64,000 nucleotides of DNA from the human T2T-CHM13v2.0 reference genome, Homo sapiens, in NCBI RefSeq assembly GCF_009914755.1, contig NC_060947.1, one strand, 5' to 3'. The notes below the pieces were generated by a model that was not told the DNA's origin, ran no database searches, and saw only the letters and a list, made by a program, of their open reading frames with translations. Below, piece after piece: positions 1 to 15,677 of the stretch; position 1 is the stretch's first letter, and every line of letters begins with the position of its first letter. Made by a program: the position numbers and the translations under genes.

Positions 1-1851
1 AGTTTATATATATATATACACACACACTTATTTACTTATTATAATTTTAACCATTAATAACTTCTCTTTCACAGAGAAAACAGGAGGTAGGTAATTTTGA
101 AATATCATATACCAGCATTTTGTAGCAGACTAGTAAAGCTTATGAATATACATCTCATAACTTTTTATAGTTGTTATATACTTTTTATAGTACCATTTTG
201 CAATGTGGACAAATGAACACATTTAACAGATCCATATGTAGTCACACTGTACCATAAAAAAAGCAAAAAGTATATAAACTTAAATTTAGGTCTAGTGACT
301 AAGTATTTTATCTTCTTTATAAATGATATTTAATGAATTTAGTTAACTTAATTCAGCATAAGTCTAAGGTTTTAAGTTACCAAAAAGATTTTAGAAACTG
401 CCTTTAAGCTTACATATTATAAAACATAATTACTGTTGAAATAAAGTTTGCCAGAATAATGACTCAGTTTGGTTAAAAGCAAATTTAAATTTTTATAATC
501 TTAAACATGTAGTAGATATAATACTAGCTTATTCAACATGTAAACCTGTTTAAGTTTAGGAGGAACATACCCAAGTAGAGTAAAAATATATGCTTGTATT
601 CTGTTGTATTATATGTAATGCTGATAACTCAAAGACACATAGGTGTCTATTAAACTAACAATATTAAACTAGTTTTGTTTGCCAAAAGTTTACATAAATT
701 CTGTGAACTTGAGTTTTAAAAGCATTTGGGTTAGTTTTTATAAGAATACTTTTTTGTTGTTTACACTGAAAGTATTAGAAGTTGTTTCCTTAATTTATGA
801 GAGCTTTATAATAATTTATATAAGTACTTATTTATCTCTAAGTCAATTAGAATAGAGGATAAGGGATTTTGTAAATTAATTTGGTAATGCCATCTGGAGG
901 TACTGAACTATTACACATATACAACATACATGTATACTAAACATACAGACAGACACAAATAGAGATCTAATGGCGAGCCCTCAATGGGTGCAGGGGGCCT
1001 GAAGCTCTACTGGCTATAGGCAGTTGAGAGGGCTGAGTGGGAAGGGGAAAGCCTGGTGAAGAGTAGATAGGGGTATGTAGGAGGTAGAGGCATTGAAGGG
1101 GACAGATGAAAAGATTCAGGGAGCTGAAGGGAAGGTCCAAGGTGGTGAAAAGAAGGGAAGAGGGATGCGGTAGGAAGATGAGAAGGGGGAATCTTAGATG
1201 AGCAGGTTTGGGGAGACCCCAGGTTCCCTAATAAGGTCACTGAAGTTCCAAATTACCCTTCGTGATTACTTTTTTTTTTTTTTTTTGCCAGTTTTGGAAA
1301 TACTGGACAGAATGAGTGCCATAGGGGCAGGGCATGTAGTCAGCAAGGGAGGAGGAGGAGGATGAGGAGGAGGAAGGGCACCCAGTAGATTGAGAGTTAC
1401 CTGTGGGAAGAGGCAGATCAAATAGAGAAAGGAGCCAGGCTGGACAGTCTCATTAGGAAGTTCTGCACACAGTCGTCATCTGGGAGCCAAAGTTTCTCTT
1501 CAGTCCTCATTGAGGAGCTGAAGGGCTTTCCTTGTGCAATCTCTAGACAAGGTGTCAAGGGAAACAATGAGGCCTCACAAAAGAGCCAGGAATTTGGAGT
1601 AAATCTCCACTCAAAAGGAACCAAGAAAACTTCTATCCAGGACGATTCTGGCTAAAATTGAAAAGGACCAGGAAGAGTCCTGCTCAACAGAGTCAGGGGT
1701 TAAATCCCCACTCAAAAAGAGCTAGGAAGAGTTCTGTCTGCGAAGATTCTTGCTCAAACAGAAAAGAACTGGGAAGAGCTCATTTAACAGAATCAAAGTA
1801 ACTGAATCACAGAACCATAAAAAGTGTCCAATAAAAGCAAATACCGTCTCT

Positions 1852-2150
1852 GGGCAGGGTGCAATGGCTCACACCTGTAATCCCAGCACTTGAGAAGCTG
1901 AGGGAGGAAGATCACTTGAGCCCAAGGGTTCGAGACCAGCCTGGGTAACATAGCGAGACTCCTATATCTATAAAAATTTTAAAAATTAGCCAGGCATGGT
2001 GGTGTGTGCCTATAGTCCCAGCTACCTGGGAGGCTGAAGTAGTGGAGGATTGCTTGAGCCCAGGAGTTGAGGCTGCAGTGAACTATTATTGCACCACTGC
2101 ACTCCAGCTTGGGTGACAGAGTGAGACCCTGTCTCAAAAACAAAAAACAA
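1852..2150 (+). mobile_element. Alu (AluJ-like)
   Basis: Dimeric Alu consensus with A-rich tail. Confidence 0.9.
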
Positions 2151-2166
2151 ATATGGATTTAGATAG

Positions 2167-2477
<311 letters not shown>

Positions 2478-2880
2478 CAATACTTTATTTAAAAAGACTA
2501 TTGCAATAGGGACGATGCTGCAACCTCAGGACTTGCAAACATCACAAAATAATACAAAAAACATCACAAAATAATAAAAAAAAAAAAGCCTTTTTTTTTC
2601 AGTAGGGAGTAGTAAGCACAGCTAGCAGCTCAGCTACTTTCAAGGGCCAGTGGGCAAGCAAAGGGGAACCTGTTTGGCATGATTTGACCAGAAATGTGTT
2701 TCCCTGTGGTCAGCCGGTTCTCAGGAGAAGCTGCTAAGTGGGGCATGTTCTGCATTGCAGCACTTACTTAACCAGGAGCAAGCAAAATTCAGGCCCTGTG
2801 GGGAGGACAGAAGCCTGCCTAACATTCTGTCAAGGCAAAGGAGAGGGTAAAAAGCAGACAGCTGTGAACACTTGATCATC
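2478..2880 (-). mobile_element. Old ERV1-type LTR fragment (MER31/34/39-like, family uncertain)
   Basis: Reverse strand reads ...ctattgcaatagtctttttaaataaagt..., typical of MER4-group LTR R regions. Confidence 0.5.
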
Positions 2881-3252
2881 CTTCAGGCAATAATCCATTC
2901 TGGGTTTCTGGCTTAAGACTCTTGAGAAACAAGGGGAAACAACTGGTAGGAGCAGCAGGCTCACCTATATGTAGTTCCGTGAGGTAGCCTTATGGACTTC
3001 TGCCACCTTCCAAAACTCAGCATGTCCCAAACCATCTTTATCAACACAGCTTCTCACCAAAAACAACCAAATAAAACAAATTAACTAATGTACTAATTCT
3101 GTATCTCCCCCTGTGTTGTTCATCTCAAAAAACTGTTATCACCTCATTGACTCAGACTCTCAACCAGCGAGGTAGAAGAAATGTTTGGGGGCATGTTAAA
3201 TGTAACACCTATGAGACATGTAAGAGGTGAGGTGCAGGACGCAGGTACATGG

Positions 3253-3687
3253 TGATAAAAGAAAAACCTCAGCCGGATTAAATTTAAAGGAGTTTCATTG
3301 AGCAATGAACTATTTGTGAATCGGGCAGCCCCCAGAATCACAGCAGATTCACAGAGACTCCAGTGCAGCTACATGGTGGAAGATTTATAGATTAAAAAAA
3401 AGGTGGAGGGGGGGAAATGACGTACAGAAATTGGAAGTGAGGTACAGAACGGCTGGATTGGTTACAGGTTGGGGGTATGCCTTATTTGAACACAGTTTGA
3501 ACACTCACCAGTGTATGAATGGTTGAAGTATGGCCGCTGGGATTGGCCAAGAGTTAGCTATTGTTACAGGTACACACTCCTAAGTTAGGTTTTCAATTTT
3601 GTCTGCCTCTAGGTTACAGTTTATTGACAAAGACTCAAATATAGAACTATGGAGTCCTTCTCAGGCCGTATTTAATTTGCTTTAACA
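3253..3687 (-). mobile_element. MER57-like 3' LTR
   Basis: TG...CA ends (tgttaaagcaaattaaatacggcctgagaagg on -) and a polypurine tract immediately adjacent at 3688-3700. Confidence 0.75.
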
Positions 3688-4059
3688 ATTCCCCCTTTTT
3701 GGTCATTTTCTCAACTTTGAGAGATTGACAAAAACCTTAGTTATTGATATCACTATTACCCTTGTAAATGTACTTATATGGTCTTGAAACCCACTGGGAA
3801 ACAGGAGGACAGTGGGTTTTGTAAGGAGAGAATAAGGACTGAGTAGAAGGTACCTCTTTATGCTAGAATGTTCTGTTTACAGGACAAAAACAAAACCTGG
3901 TCTGTTTTAATAACTATTTGTTTCCTTAAAGTCTTAGTTTGATTATGTTACATTTAGCATGAGCAACTCCATTTTGTTTGGTTTGGTCTGTTGGGTCCTA
4001 GTGCATGAGCTCAGTACACAACAATGGCTTGCCAGAATTTTGTTTAAAAAATTCCCCTT

Positions 4060-4355
4060 GGCTGGGCGTGGTGGCTCATGCCTGTAATCCCAGCACTTAG
4101 GGAGGCTGAGGCGGGCAGATCACGAGCTCAGGAGATCGAGACCATCATGGCCAACATGGTGAAACCCTGTCTCTACTAAAAATACAAAAATTAGCCGGGC
4201 GCGGTGGCATGCGCCTGTAATCCCAGCTACTCGGGAGGCTGAGGCAAGAGAATCACTTGAACCTGGCAGTCAGAGGTTGCAGTGAGCCAAGATCACGCCA
4301 CTGCACTCCAGCCTGGTGACAGAGCGAGACTCCACCTAAAAAAAAAAAAAAAAAA
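4060..4355 (+). mobile_element. Alu (AluS)
   Basis: Full-length Alu with poly-A and approximate TSD aaaattcccctt. Confidence 0.92.
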
Positions 4356-4816
4356 TATTTCCCCTTATTGGCCAGGTTCTCACTTAGGTGAGAGTGTGAC
4401 CAAAACTTAGGGCCTTAGCACCACTTTTAGTTACCTAGTTACCATCATTTTAGGTTTTCCAGTCTCAGCATGTCATTCATAGGTTATGATGTCCTCATAA
4501 TCATACATTTCAATCAGTTTTGTTATTCCAGTTGAAGAGAGACCATTTGACATTTCAGAGATGGCTGCATGCAAACATTTGAAACCTTTGAGAGAATACA
4601 GTGCACTGGGGAGACTACTATGACTACCAGTAGGATAATACCCAGAGTTTGAAGTATGCTGTTTACCTGAGGTCCCCATAAAACAAACTGCCTAAATTAA
4701 ATAAAATAAAGAATGAGCTAGACGAAGAGTCTACTCACTTCACTAAGTGATCTTTTCATTAATCCTGTATGACTGAATTTTTATAATCTGCACTTGATAT
4801 ACATATTAGAATTTTA

Positions 4817-5267
<451 letters not shown>

Positions 5268-5512
5268 TTATCGATGTCAAACCCAATTCTTAAATAAAAC
5301 CTTATAGACAAATGTATTCAATCTTAATCAGTTTGAACATAAGGTAAGAATTTTATAAACCTTTTATAACCCTTTACAATTTTTGTTGAAGAGCAGATTA
5401 GTGCTCTAAGAAAACCTGTTGTGCTTTTATGTCCATGTTCAATTTATGGAAAAACCTAATAATACCCTTTTAAATTTAGTATTATCATACATAAAATTTT
5501 TTACAAGGTTAA

Positions 5513-5830
<318 letters not shown>

Positions 5831-6912
5831 TAAGCCAGGAATCGAACCCAGACTGCCACTGTGAAAGGGCAAAACCTTAACTACTGAGCCCAGAAGGAGT
5901 CTAGAGTAGTTAATTTTGAGCTTGCAAAGGCTTTTAACTAGTCAAGATAATTTTTAGAACTAACTATGATATGAACCCTAAAATTCCTGTTCCCTGGAAG
6001 GTAGAGACAAGGAGAAAGTACTGCCACATGGTTACAAGGTCAAGCTCCCAAGGACATAAAACAGGATGGCGACCTTGTCCAGTTTTTTGTTGGTTTCAGG
6101 GACCTGCAGCAAAGTTTGTCACTGACCAGCTTGCTGGGCCATCTTGAGCAGCAAGCTTATGGGGGCCCAAGCCCATGTTTTATCCTAAGGTACCCCTCGA
6201 CACAGAAAAACGACTTTATAGCACAAAATATACCAGATTGACTACAGCTTAAGACTAGACAGCCTCAGAATTCCTTTTTGCATTAATTAAAATTTTACAG
6301 AGGAGATAAACAGTGATTTTACAATCAGTTTGCACAGAGAGAGAGAAGCCTGAAATCTGACTGGGAAGAGATATTTACCCTTTTGCTGGCATGCCAGGCT
6401 TCTGGGCTCCCTTTCCCTGAGTGGCCCTGGTGATCTGGCTCTCTGCACCATTGCCCCGGGAGCCAAGCCACAACACAAAAGAATTTTTTTTTAAAATGCA
6501 CTTCAGTGTGTTGTTGTTCATTTGGAATGTTCCACTGTAAGTTATCTTTCGTAAGATGTCACCATTTCTGTAAGAATTTGCTGCCTCCCGGGCGTAATGT
6601 GTAACCCAGAAGGAACTCAGTTTTCCAGAAGCAATTAATAGGTTCCATGGAATGTTGATGGTAAGAAAGGAAGGAAAAGGTGACAAGAGTGAGCGTAGAC
6701 AGCTCTTTCTAAGGAGTTTGGCTGCTGGAAGGGGAAGAGAAGCAGCTGGGGTTAGGTGGGAGGAACTAAGTTTAGAGACGCTAAAAGTGTATGTAGCAGG
6801 AGTCACCTGATCAGGTTGAACTGCAGCAGGAACAAGGAAGTTCCATTTTGACTACTATTAGTTGCAAATTGGACCCTTATGTCAACTTTTTCATCTGTAA
6901 AAAAAAAGGGAT

Positions 6913-7182
6913 GGCCAGGCACGGTGGCTCACGCCTGTAATCCCAGCAGTTTGAGAGGCCGAGGCGGGCGGATTGCCTGAGTTCAGGAGTTCACAACCAG
7001 CCTGGCCAACAAGGTGAAGCCCCGTCTCTACTAAAATACAAAGAATTAGCCACGCGTGGCAGCGGGCGCCTGTAGTCCCAGAATCTCTGGAACCCGGGAG
7101 GCGGAGGTTGCAGTGAGTCGAGATCACACCACTGCACTCCAGCCTGGGCGACAGACCGAAACTCCGTCTCAAAAAAAAAAAA
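6913..7182 (+). mobile_element. Alu with small internal deletion
   Basis: Alu consensus lacking ctactcgggaggctgaggcagg at ~7081. Confidence 0.9.
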
Positions 7183-7269
7183 AGGGGGGCAGGGGATGAA
7201 AATGCTATTGCTTTCCAGGAATAGCTATGACTACTTCCAATAAAGAAGACAAGAAGGTTCCACATGTGA

Positions 7270-7750
7270 AAACTACGCGGTCACAACGATAAGTGGGCGG
7301 GTGCACGCACGCGCGCTGAGATCGTGCGTGCACAGGCCGGGGTGCGGCCGGCGTGAGTACGCCTGCGCGTGCCGCCATTTCCTGCAGCCGCAGACTCTGC
7401 CTGCGGTGCTCGCCGGGAAATGAGACGATCAACAAAGAAAATGGTTGTTTTGGGCGAGATCGACCGTGGAGAGGCTTTTTCTGCAGCAGTCCCGGTTCCT
7501 GCCGCCAGATGGCGCTCGAGGATCACAAATGGGTCTAGGGTTCTCATAATGGCCCCGCCTAAGAAATTTTGGATTCTCCTGGCCCTTCCCCCCTTTGTGG
7601 GGTCAACAGCGGATTTGGGAATCTGGTGACCAACACGTGCGCACTCCCCTACCCTTGCCCCTACCGAGCCCTCCAGGGTAGCTTGGGGGAGAAGCTCCTC
7701 CCTAGACTGCCGGGTATTTGATGAGCCTGGCCAGCGCACAGGTCTTGAGC
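7270..7750. promoter_or_regulatory. Intronic CpG island / internal promoter in ZNF185
   Basis: Dense CpG in non-Alu sequence. YY1-like GCCGCCATTT 7371-7380, NRF1-like CGCCTGCGCG, CTCF-like CCGCCAGATGGCGCT 7502-7516, GC box 7551-7560. Confidence 0.7.
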
Positions 7751-8096
7751 ACCATGGTCAGGGAAGAAGGCTGAATGGCTTAGGTCTTCCTAGAGAGGCC
7801 GGAGGCGGGAAAGAACTGGAGAAAGGAGAGATGGCAGTGGGAGGATGGGGACAAGAATACCAGTGTGTTTCCAGCCAGAAGACGATGTCTTTTAACACCT
7901 CATTGAAGTCGTCAGGTGACTTTGCCCTTGTCAGAAAGGAGCAGCACTGCGGGGGTCCTACTGAGGAGGAGACTGACTGCTCCTTGGGGTGGGGATTGTG
8001 CCTCCTTCCTGTCTGCCCCACTCTTGGGGAGATGAGTCCCTCCAAGTCCACGAGACATGACAGCCAGCCTACCTGCCATGGGAGAACAAAGTCTAG

Positions 8097-8420
<324 letters not shown>

Positions 8421-10139
8421 TAGGCATGCCTGTTTATCCTCTGCAGGTGAGTGTGGTTAGGAGCCAGAGGGAAGGAGAGAAACCAGCATCTCAGGGGTAG
8501 ATATTCATGGGTTTCAGCTTGGAGCCATAGCATCAAATCTGTTAGACTAAGTCTGGCACAGAAAGGATGCACAGAGAACCAGGTTGTCTGGCAGCCAGTT
8601 CGAACCTGGAAACCTGGGTCAGGGGAGGGATATAGGTTGCTTTTTCTGTTAATGGAGATGGAAACTCTCTGAGCAAGGTGTGCCATGGTGTGGATGTGAT
8701 TCACTGCCAGAAATAACAACTGTACCAGTTGGATGAGCTCTTCCACTGCCATCAGCACTGGGATGGCCATGGATTTGGACAGTAATGTAGCTCCACAGTG
8801 CTGACTCAGGGTTGCTCATTGATTGCAAGAAGTTGGCAGCAGTAGCCTGAGGAAACAGGGGCTCTGAATTTTCTGAGAGAGACCAAGAACCAAGGAACAG
8901 CCAGGTACTAGGGAACAGACAACACCAGATGCTTGTGCTTTTCTGTGAGCAGCTCAGGTCTCCCAAAGTGGTAGTTTCCTGGCTTCTGGCCTTTGTAGAT
9001 CAGTGTGGATCCACACCCAATTGTGATGTTTGTGGTAGCTGTAAGAACTTTCCCAATTTTGAAATCCTAGGTGACTTGTAGCATATTTTTTCACATTTGA
9101 AAATAATTGAGTTTTGAAAATGTTTTTACAGGCAATCTAGTATCAGATTTTATATCATCCTGAAACATTCTGTCAATTGTCATTTCCAAAAATCCATGGA
9201 AAACTGGAGTTGTTGAACTGGAAACAGTGTGGTCTCAGGAAGTGCTTCACAGCCATTGCAACATGGGCAGGGCCTAGAGGGCAGGAGAGAATGCCATGAT
9301 TTGATGACATTTTACCCATTCCTGCCAGGTGAACTTCATCTCCCTCTCTGTGACAGAATTTTCTGGCTCTCACATCCAGCTTTGGTCACTGGGAACCCAC
9401 CTATTGGCTCTTGCACTGGCAGGACATGTGGTAGAGGCTTCCAGTTCGAGGCAGGACTGGCTGCATTTTCAAGATGTCCTTATTTCTGGTATTTTGTGGC
9501 GATCGTCCTGTCCACTTAACTGATTTTGACCCATTGCCTTGCTGTGATCTCTGTGCTCTCTCTGTCTCCCAGTTCCAGGTCATTCCCTTGACCAGCTTCC
9601 AGTCTTTCCTCATCTTGTCCCTGCCAATGAAGTATTCTGGCTCTGCCTTCACTCTCCTGCCATGATCCATTGCTTTGATAGGGTGGCTTCAGGAACAGGG
9701 TGAGGAGAGGGCTGTGCTAGCTTTATCTTGCCAAGGAACTCAGCAAAGAAAATTTTTGCTGACCTCTTGCATTCCTCAGCCTGGCTCTGGTCTCTCAAAC
9801 CTAACACATGGGATGCATGCCAGCAGCCAGCCTCAGTTTCCCTCTGGTCCTTTTCTGTGTGAGGCCAGAGGTCCTTGCTTTATCACTGCCTGGAGCTGCA
9901 GTTGATGATGGTGAAAGAAGGTGCACGTGTCTTTTGAGAGCTCCCTTTGTTCCCCAGAGATTTTTTTTTCCCAAAGTGGCCATGAGTTTGGGAATAACCA
10001 GGAGCCATGGGCCGCCGGCTAGAGATGCTGCATACTAAGAGCCTCCTGTGAGCAGCCATGTACACAGTGAACACGATGGCTAAGGCCCCATCCAGCCGCC
10101 CTCAAAGAGCACATAGTCCACTAAGGAATAAGCATGATC

Positions 10140-10360
10140 GTAATAACCATTAGCACCTGCTGTGTGCTGAGAATGTGCAGGCACTGTTCTGCATGCCTTA
10201 TGTGGACTCACTCATTTAATTCTCACACCAACTCAAGGAGGTGCTTTTATTATGGAGAAACTGAGGCAGATGGAGGTTAAGTAATTTGCTGGCAGTTTTG
10301 CAGCCAGGAAGTGGCCTAACCGAGATTAGAATCCAGACAGAGATCAGAGCCTGTACTGTT
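10140..10360. mobile_element. MIR
   Basis: Core gagaaactgaggcaga...ggttaagtaatttgc. Confidence 0.7.
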
Positions 10361-12092
10361 CATCGCTGTGGCATCCATACTGCCCCTCCATTTGTGATAA
10401 GCCCAGGAAGGAAAGAAACCAGGTGCTCTGATGGAGAGGGGTTAGAGCAAGGATGGTTAGGGAAAGCTTTTCTATCGAGGAGGAGACAGTTCGGCTGAGA
10501 CCTGAAACATCTGGAGGAGCCTGCCTTCCAAAGAACCTGGGGAGAGGCATTGTGGACAAAGAAGATAGGGAGGAGGGCCTGAACAATGAGCCCTGTGCTT
10601 GGAGGGTACGGGGTGAGGTGAGCAGGGGGCAGGAGCTGGGCCCTGTAGGGTCTTGTAGGTGAGGGAGAGGAGGCTATTGGGAGGGCTCCTATTGCTCACA
10701 TTGCAGTCCTGGGGGGATGCCCAGGGCATTTTTTCTTTTTTTTAAGAGGCGGTGTTTCACTGTGTTACCCAGGTTGTTTTTGAATTCCTGGCCTCAAGTG
10801 ATCTTCCTGCCTCAGCTTCCCAAGTAGCTCCAGGGAATTTCTGTTTTACCTTGCCTCTTCAGTTGCGCCGTCCCCTTCAGTATTCTGCTGACATGGATCA
10901 CAGGATACCAGACACCTGGTAGTTGTTCAGTCAGTAGGAGGTCTTCCTTCCTTCCTCTTAGAATCAATCCTTTTCTCACTTGTTGGCTCTGCATTTTATC
11001 CCCCGTGTATCTTTTCAGATTTTTGTGGGGCCTCCTCTCCCATCCAGTCCACCTTCTCCAGTCTCTATGGTATATTTCTTTGTCATAGGGTGAAGCAGGA
11101 ACAGGTACAGGATGATTGGGTACACTGAGGTGAGGTAGGAGGGCAGGCCCTCAGGAAGGGCTTCCCAGAGGAGGTGATATTGTCTGCAAAGGCATATGAG
11201 AGCCTGGAAGTCCAGGGGAACTGCAGGCTGGTCTGTACGGCTTGAGTGGCACGTGATACAGTTTGAGACTATGAGGCGAGAGAGCTAGGCAGATGCTAGA
11301 CCATGATTGTTCTTCCCTTTCCCCACTCTTCAACTAGTTGTAATCTTAGGCATTGGATTCTCTGGCAAGGGGACAATACCCAGTAGCCTGGGCCAGATGG
11401 AGGCAGCCATATCTGGAGTATGATCTGAGCCACAGCATGTTGGAGAAAAGCCAGAATCAGCCCAGGGCAGTGTGCACCCATAGTGCTGGCCTCAGGCCTT
11501 TGGAGGGTGAGCAGACTTAAGTTGGAAGGTGCAAACAAGTGGTCAGTGGTGCTGCCCAACATCGTGCCCTGAACTGCAGTTGACAGCTACGGCAGCTTTG
11601 GTAATGAGGCTCATAGCCTGGGGGCAGGCAGAGTGAGAGCCGATATTGGCTTGGCCAGAGAAAAGCCCTTTTGGGCTGCCGAGGAGGTTGGATTCCAGGC
11701 CAAGGGCCATATCTGGCAGCTGAAGTGTGGAGGTTCAGAAAAACTTCGACACCGGTCAGTTTCCCGCCTCTGCTGGGAATGAGGTGCATCTGACTTTCCT
11801 CCTCAATGATGCCTAATTTCATTTGGTCCTCTGCCCCTTGGCCTTGTGTTCTCTAGAGAGTTCCCTGCAGGGTGGCAGAAGGAGCTGATCCTAGTAAGGG
11901 ACCGTCCCATCCAGTGAGGAGGTGAGCTGGGCTGTGTCTTCCCCTTCTGCACCCTCCTGACTGTCACATCCCCGGGAGCCCCATGATTCCACTCTAACTG
12001 AGTGAATCACAGAGGCCAAGGCCCTTGGCTGCAGTCAGGAGTACTGAGTGGACACTGGAAGATTGGGGTCTTGCTACTGACTCACGATGTGA

Positions 12093-12389
<297 letters not shown>

Positions 12390-12714
12390 TAAGAAGGGCT
12401 ATCTAGCAACCTGGGAGATGTTCCTCCGCCACTTCCTCCTTGGCGGTAAAGGACTTGGCTTTTGTTCCATGTTGCTTCCCATTTAGTGCCTTCCCCAGTT
12501 TCTAGCAGGCCATTAGCCAAGGGGCCACACAGGACAGTGTTAGTCCCCTAATATAAACTCCCATCTACCGGGCCTAGACATTCCCACACCTCCTTTTTCC
12601 TATCTCTGTAAGAGGCTGCAGTGGTACTTCCTAGTGCACTAGTGGATGTGGCTCTGCCATTCATGGGTCCATGCCTGGGAAGCCAGCTCCAGTCCGTGAA
12701 GGCCGGGCCTGTGA

Positions 12715-13097
12715 GGGCATTCCTGTGTTACTGTAAAGGAATACCTGAGGCTGGGACATTTATAAAGGAAAGAGGTTTAATTGGCTCACAGTTTGGCAGG
12801 CTGCACAAGCATGGCACCAGCAGCTGCTTGGCTTCTGGCAAAGGCCTCGGGAAGCTTATAATCATGGTGGAAGCCGAAGTGGGAGCAGGACCATCACATG
12901 GCACGAGCAGGAACAAGAGTGAGGAAGGGGAGGGCCCGGACTTTGAAACAACCAGATCTTGTGTGAACTAACTGAATGAGAACTCACTTTTCACTAAGGG
13001 GATGGTGCTAGCTGTTCATGAGGGATCCCCCCATGATCCCGTCACCTCCCTCCAAGCCCCACCTCCAACACTGGGAATCACATTTCAACATGAGGTT
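12715..13097 (-). mobile_element. MaLR LTR (MSTA/MSTB-like)
   Basis: aaggaatacctgaggctggg...aagaggtttaattggctcacag...ttcaacatgag. Confidence 0.8.
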
Positions 13098-13862
13098 TGT
13101 CTGTCTCTGTCACATGCCCACTGCTTCACCTGCATTCCTGGCCACCTGTCAGGGTGCAGGAAGGGATGTCACTGCAGGAAGGCTGCTCAGTGAGGTGTGT
13201 GTGTTGGGGGCGGGAGGGGGGCATATCCAAGGGGGCCTCTGCAGACATCAGGTCAGCAGGCTGGAGTGTGCAGCATGGAAATGGGGGAAAATTTGGGGCC
13301 ATCCTGAGCCCAGCATGATGCAGACCTTGTTTCCAGTCCTGCAGAGGCCAGTCCAGGATGAGGCAACCTCTAGGCCTCTGGACTCTAGGAGTGAGAATGG
13401 AGAGGTTAGATGTGAGGTGGAGATTGCACAGTAGCTGAGTACCTTCTGGGAAGTGCTGAGTGGTAAAGACTGACAGTGTAGGATTAAGGCTTGGAGGATA
13501 TCTTGGTTGTGGGTAGAGGGGAAAGACGACGCAGCCCTAAAGTAGGGGTGGAAAGCCCACAGGACTGAAGTGTAGAAGTATAGAAGCCTGGGGAGAAGAT
13601 GGGGTCACCGAGGTCTGCATGGAGGAGGACAGCACATTGTCATTGGTTGCAGGAAGCCCCTTTCTGGGGCCCTCAGTCCAAACACAACAAGAGACGCTCA
13701 TGGCCTGGGATTGTAGTCTGAGTCCACAGCAGTGCCAGTGCCTTTATCCTGGGCCTTCCCATGAGCTCTTTCACTTCCTTCAAACCAGGCTGGGTCTCCC
13801 CAGCCCTGAACCACTCCTGTGGGCCAGGCCTGGTTCCCTGGAATCTTCTGGTGTACCTCTGA

Positions 13863-13967
<105 letters not shown>

Positions 13968-14417
13968 TAAGAGCGGGTCCCAAACCCTTCCATGTCGGCC
14001 TTCTCCTGCCGGCTCCCATATTCTCATCCCTGCATTTCCAGTTCCTTGTCCAGGACTTGGCTCAGAGTAGCTTCGGGGTAATTGTCGAGTGGATGAGTGA
14101 TGTAGTTGCCCTCTGATGGGATTGATGCATTTTCTACTGAACTGGGCACCTTTGGGTTCTCCCTTCCGGTGAATTCATCCTGCACACCATTTTCACTGCC
14201 ATTCTGTTCTGCTTGTCTTTGTTATTTTATTTTGTAAAATGCTGAGAACACCCCTCTTGACAGAGCTGGCAGAGCCCTAGGGACCAACTAGCTCATCCTA
14301 TTTCTTTTCAGATCACAGAGCTCTTCTCTTCTGCCCTCATGTTCTTTTCTGTCATGCCAGGCTGCCTCATTTGAACACACATGTGACTGCAGTTCCTGAT
14401 ACATGTGTGGCTTTGCT

Positions 14418-14706
<289 letters not shown>

Positions 14707-15605
14707 TTTTCATTGATCATCTCTTCATTTTCTTGCTTTGTGATGCCATGTGGAGGGGTACTTCCATGTCACCTCGGTGTATTGCTACCTACCACACTGA
14801 GGTGAGGTCCCTTAGAATGTTTCTTATGACATGTCATCTCACTGGAGGATTTTAGCAACAGAGAGGAGCATCCTGGCCTTATTTCAGGATTGGGCCTCTG
14901 GGGCTTCTGGACTGGCTTTTATTGGTGCTGTGGAATGATGAGCATGGCTGTGGGGGTCAAGTTCAAGCCCCAGCTCAGGCCCCCCTGTTAGGATCACTTC
15001 GGACAAGATGTTCAACCTCTCTGAGCTTTGCTTTCACATCTGTAGGCCCTTAGGGTGGTTTTTCTCAACAGCTTATTGAGTTATAATTCACCCTTTAAAG
15101 TGTACAGTCCCGAGGTTTTGGTACATTCACAGAGTTATGCAAACATCATTATCCAATTCTGGAACACCTTTGTCTCCCCAAAAAGAAACTCCAAACCCGT
15201 CTGCACCCCCTAATTCTACCCCATAACTCAAGCACAGGTATTATACCAGAATGATCCCTTCTTTCTTCTCATTCCCAGTATCTGATTTCTGCTGAGTGGG
15301 CTCCTGGTGACTGTCACATTATATCATAGGTGGGGAGGAAAGCTCTGCTGTTTTCCCACTGGTCAGTGGGGTCCCCTTGGCATATACAACCTCAGGAATC
15401 CTAGCCACCCAGCCCCGATCATCTCCCTCATTGTGAAAGGTCTCCTTTGCCCCCCCATAGAAGGGCCCTGTGGCACCAAGTCATGAATGACGACTGGCAT
15501 CGTAGTTATGTCTCAGCTTGTGGCCAAAGGTTAATTAGAAAATTAACTATGATAGTGATTTGGCTCTCATCTCTGCCCTCCTCTCCCCTATCAAACTCCC
15601 TGCAG

Positions 15606-15677
15606 CGTCAGCAGCATTGAGGACTCATTCGCCATGGAGAAGAAGCCTCCATGTGGCAGCACTCCATACTCTGAGAG
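15606..15677 (+). CDS. ZNF185: ZNF185 coding exon (72 nt; VSSIEDSFAMEKKPPCGSTPYSE)
   Basis: Acceptor ctccctgcag and donor AG|gtatg; in frame. Confidence 0.92.
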
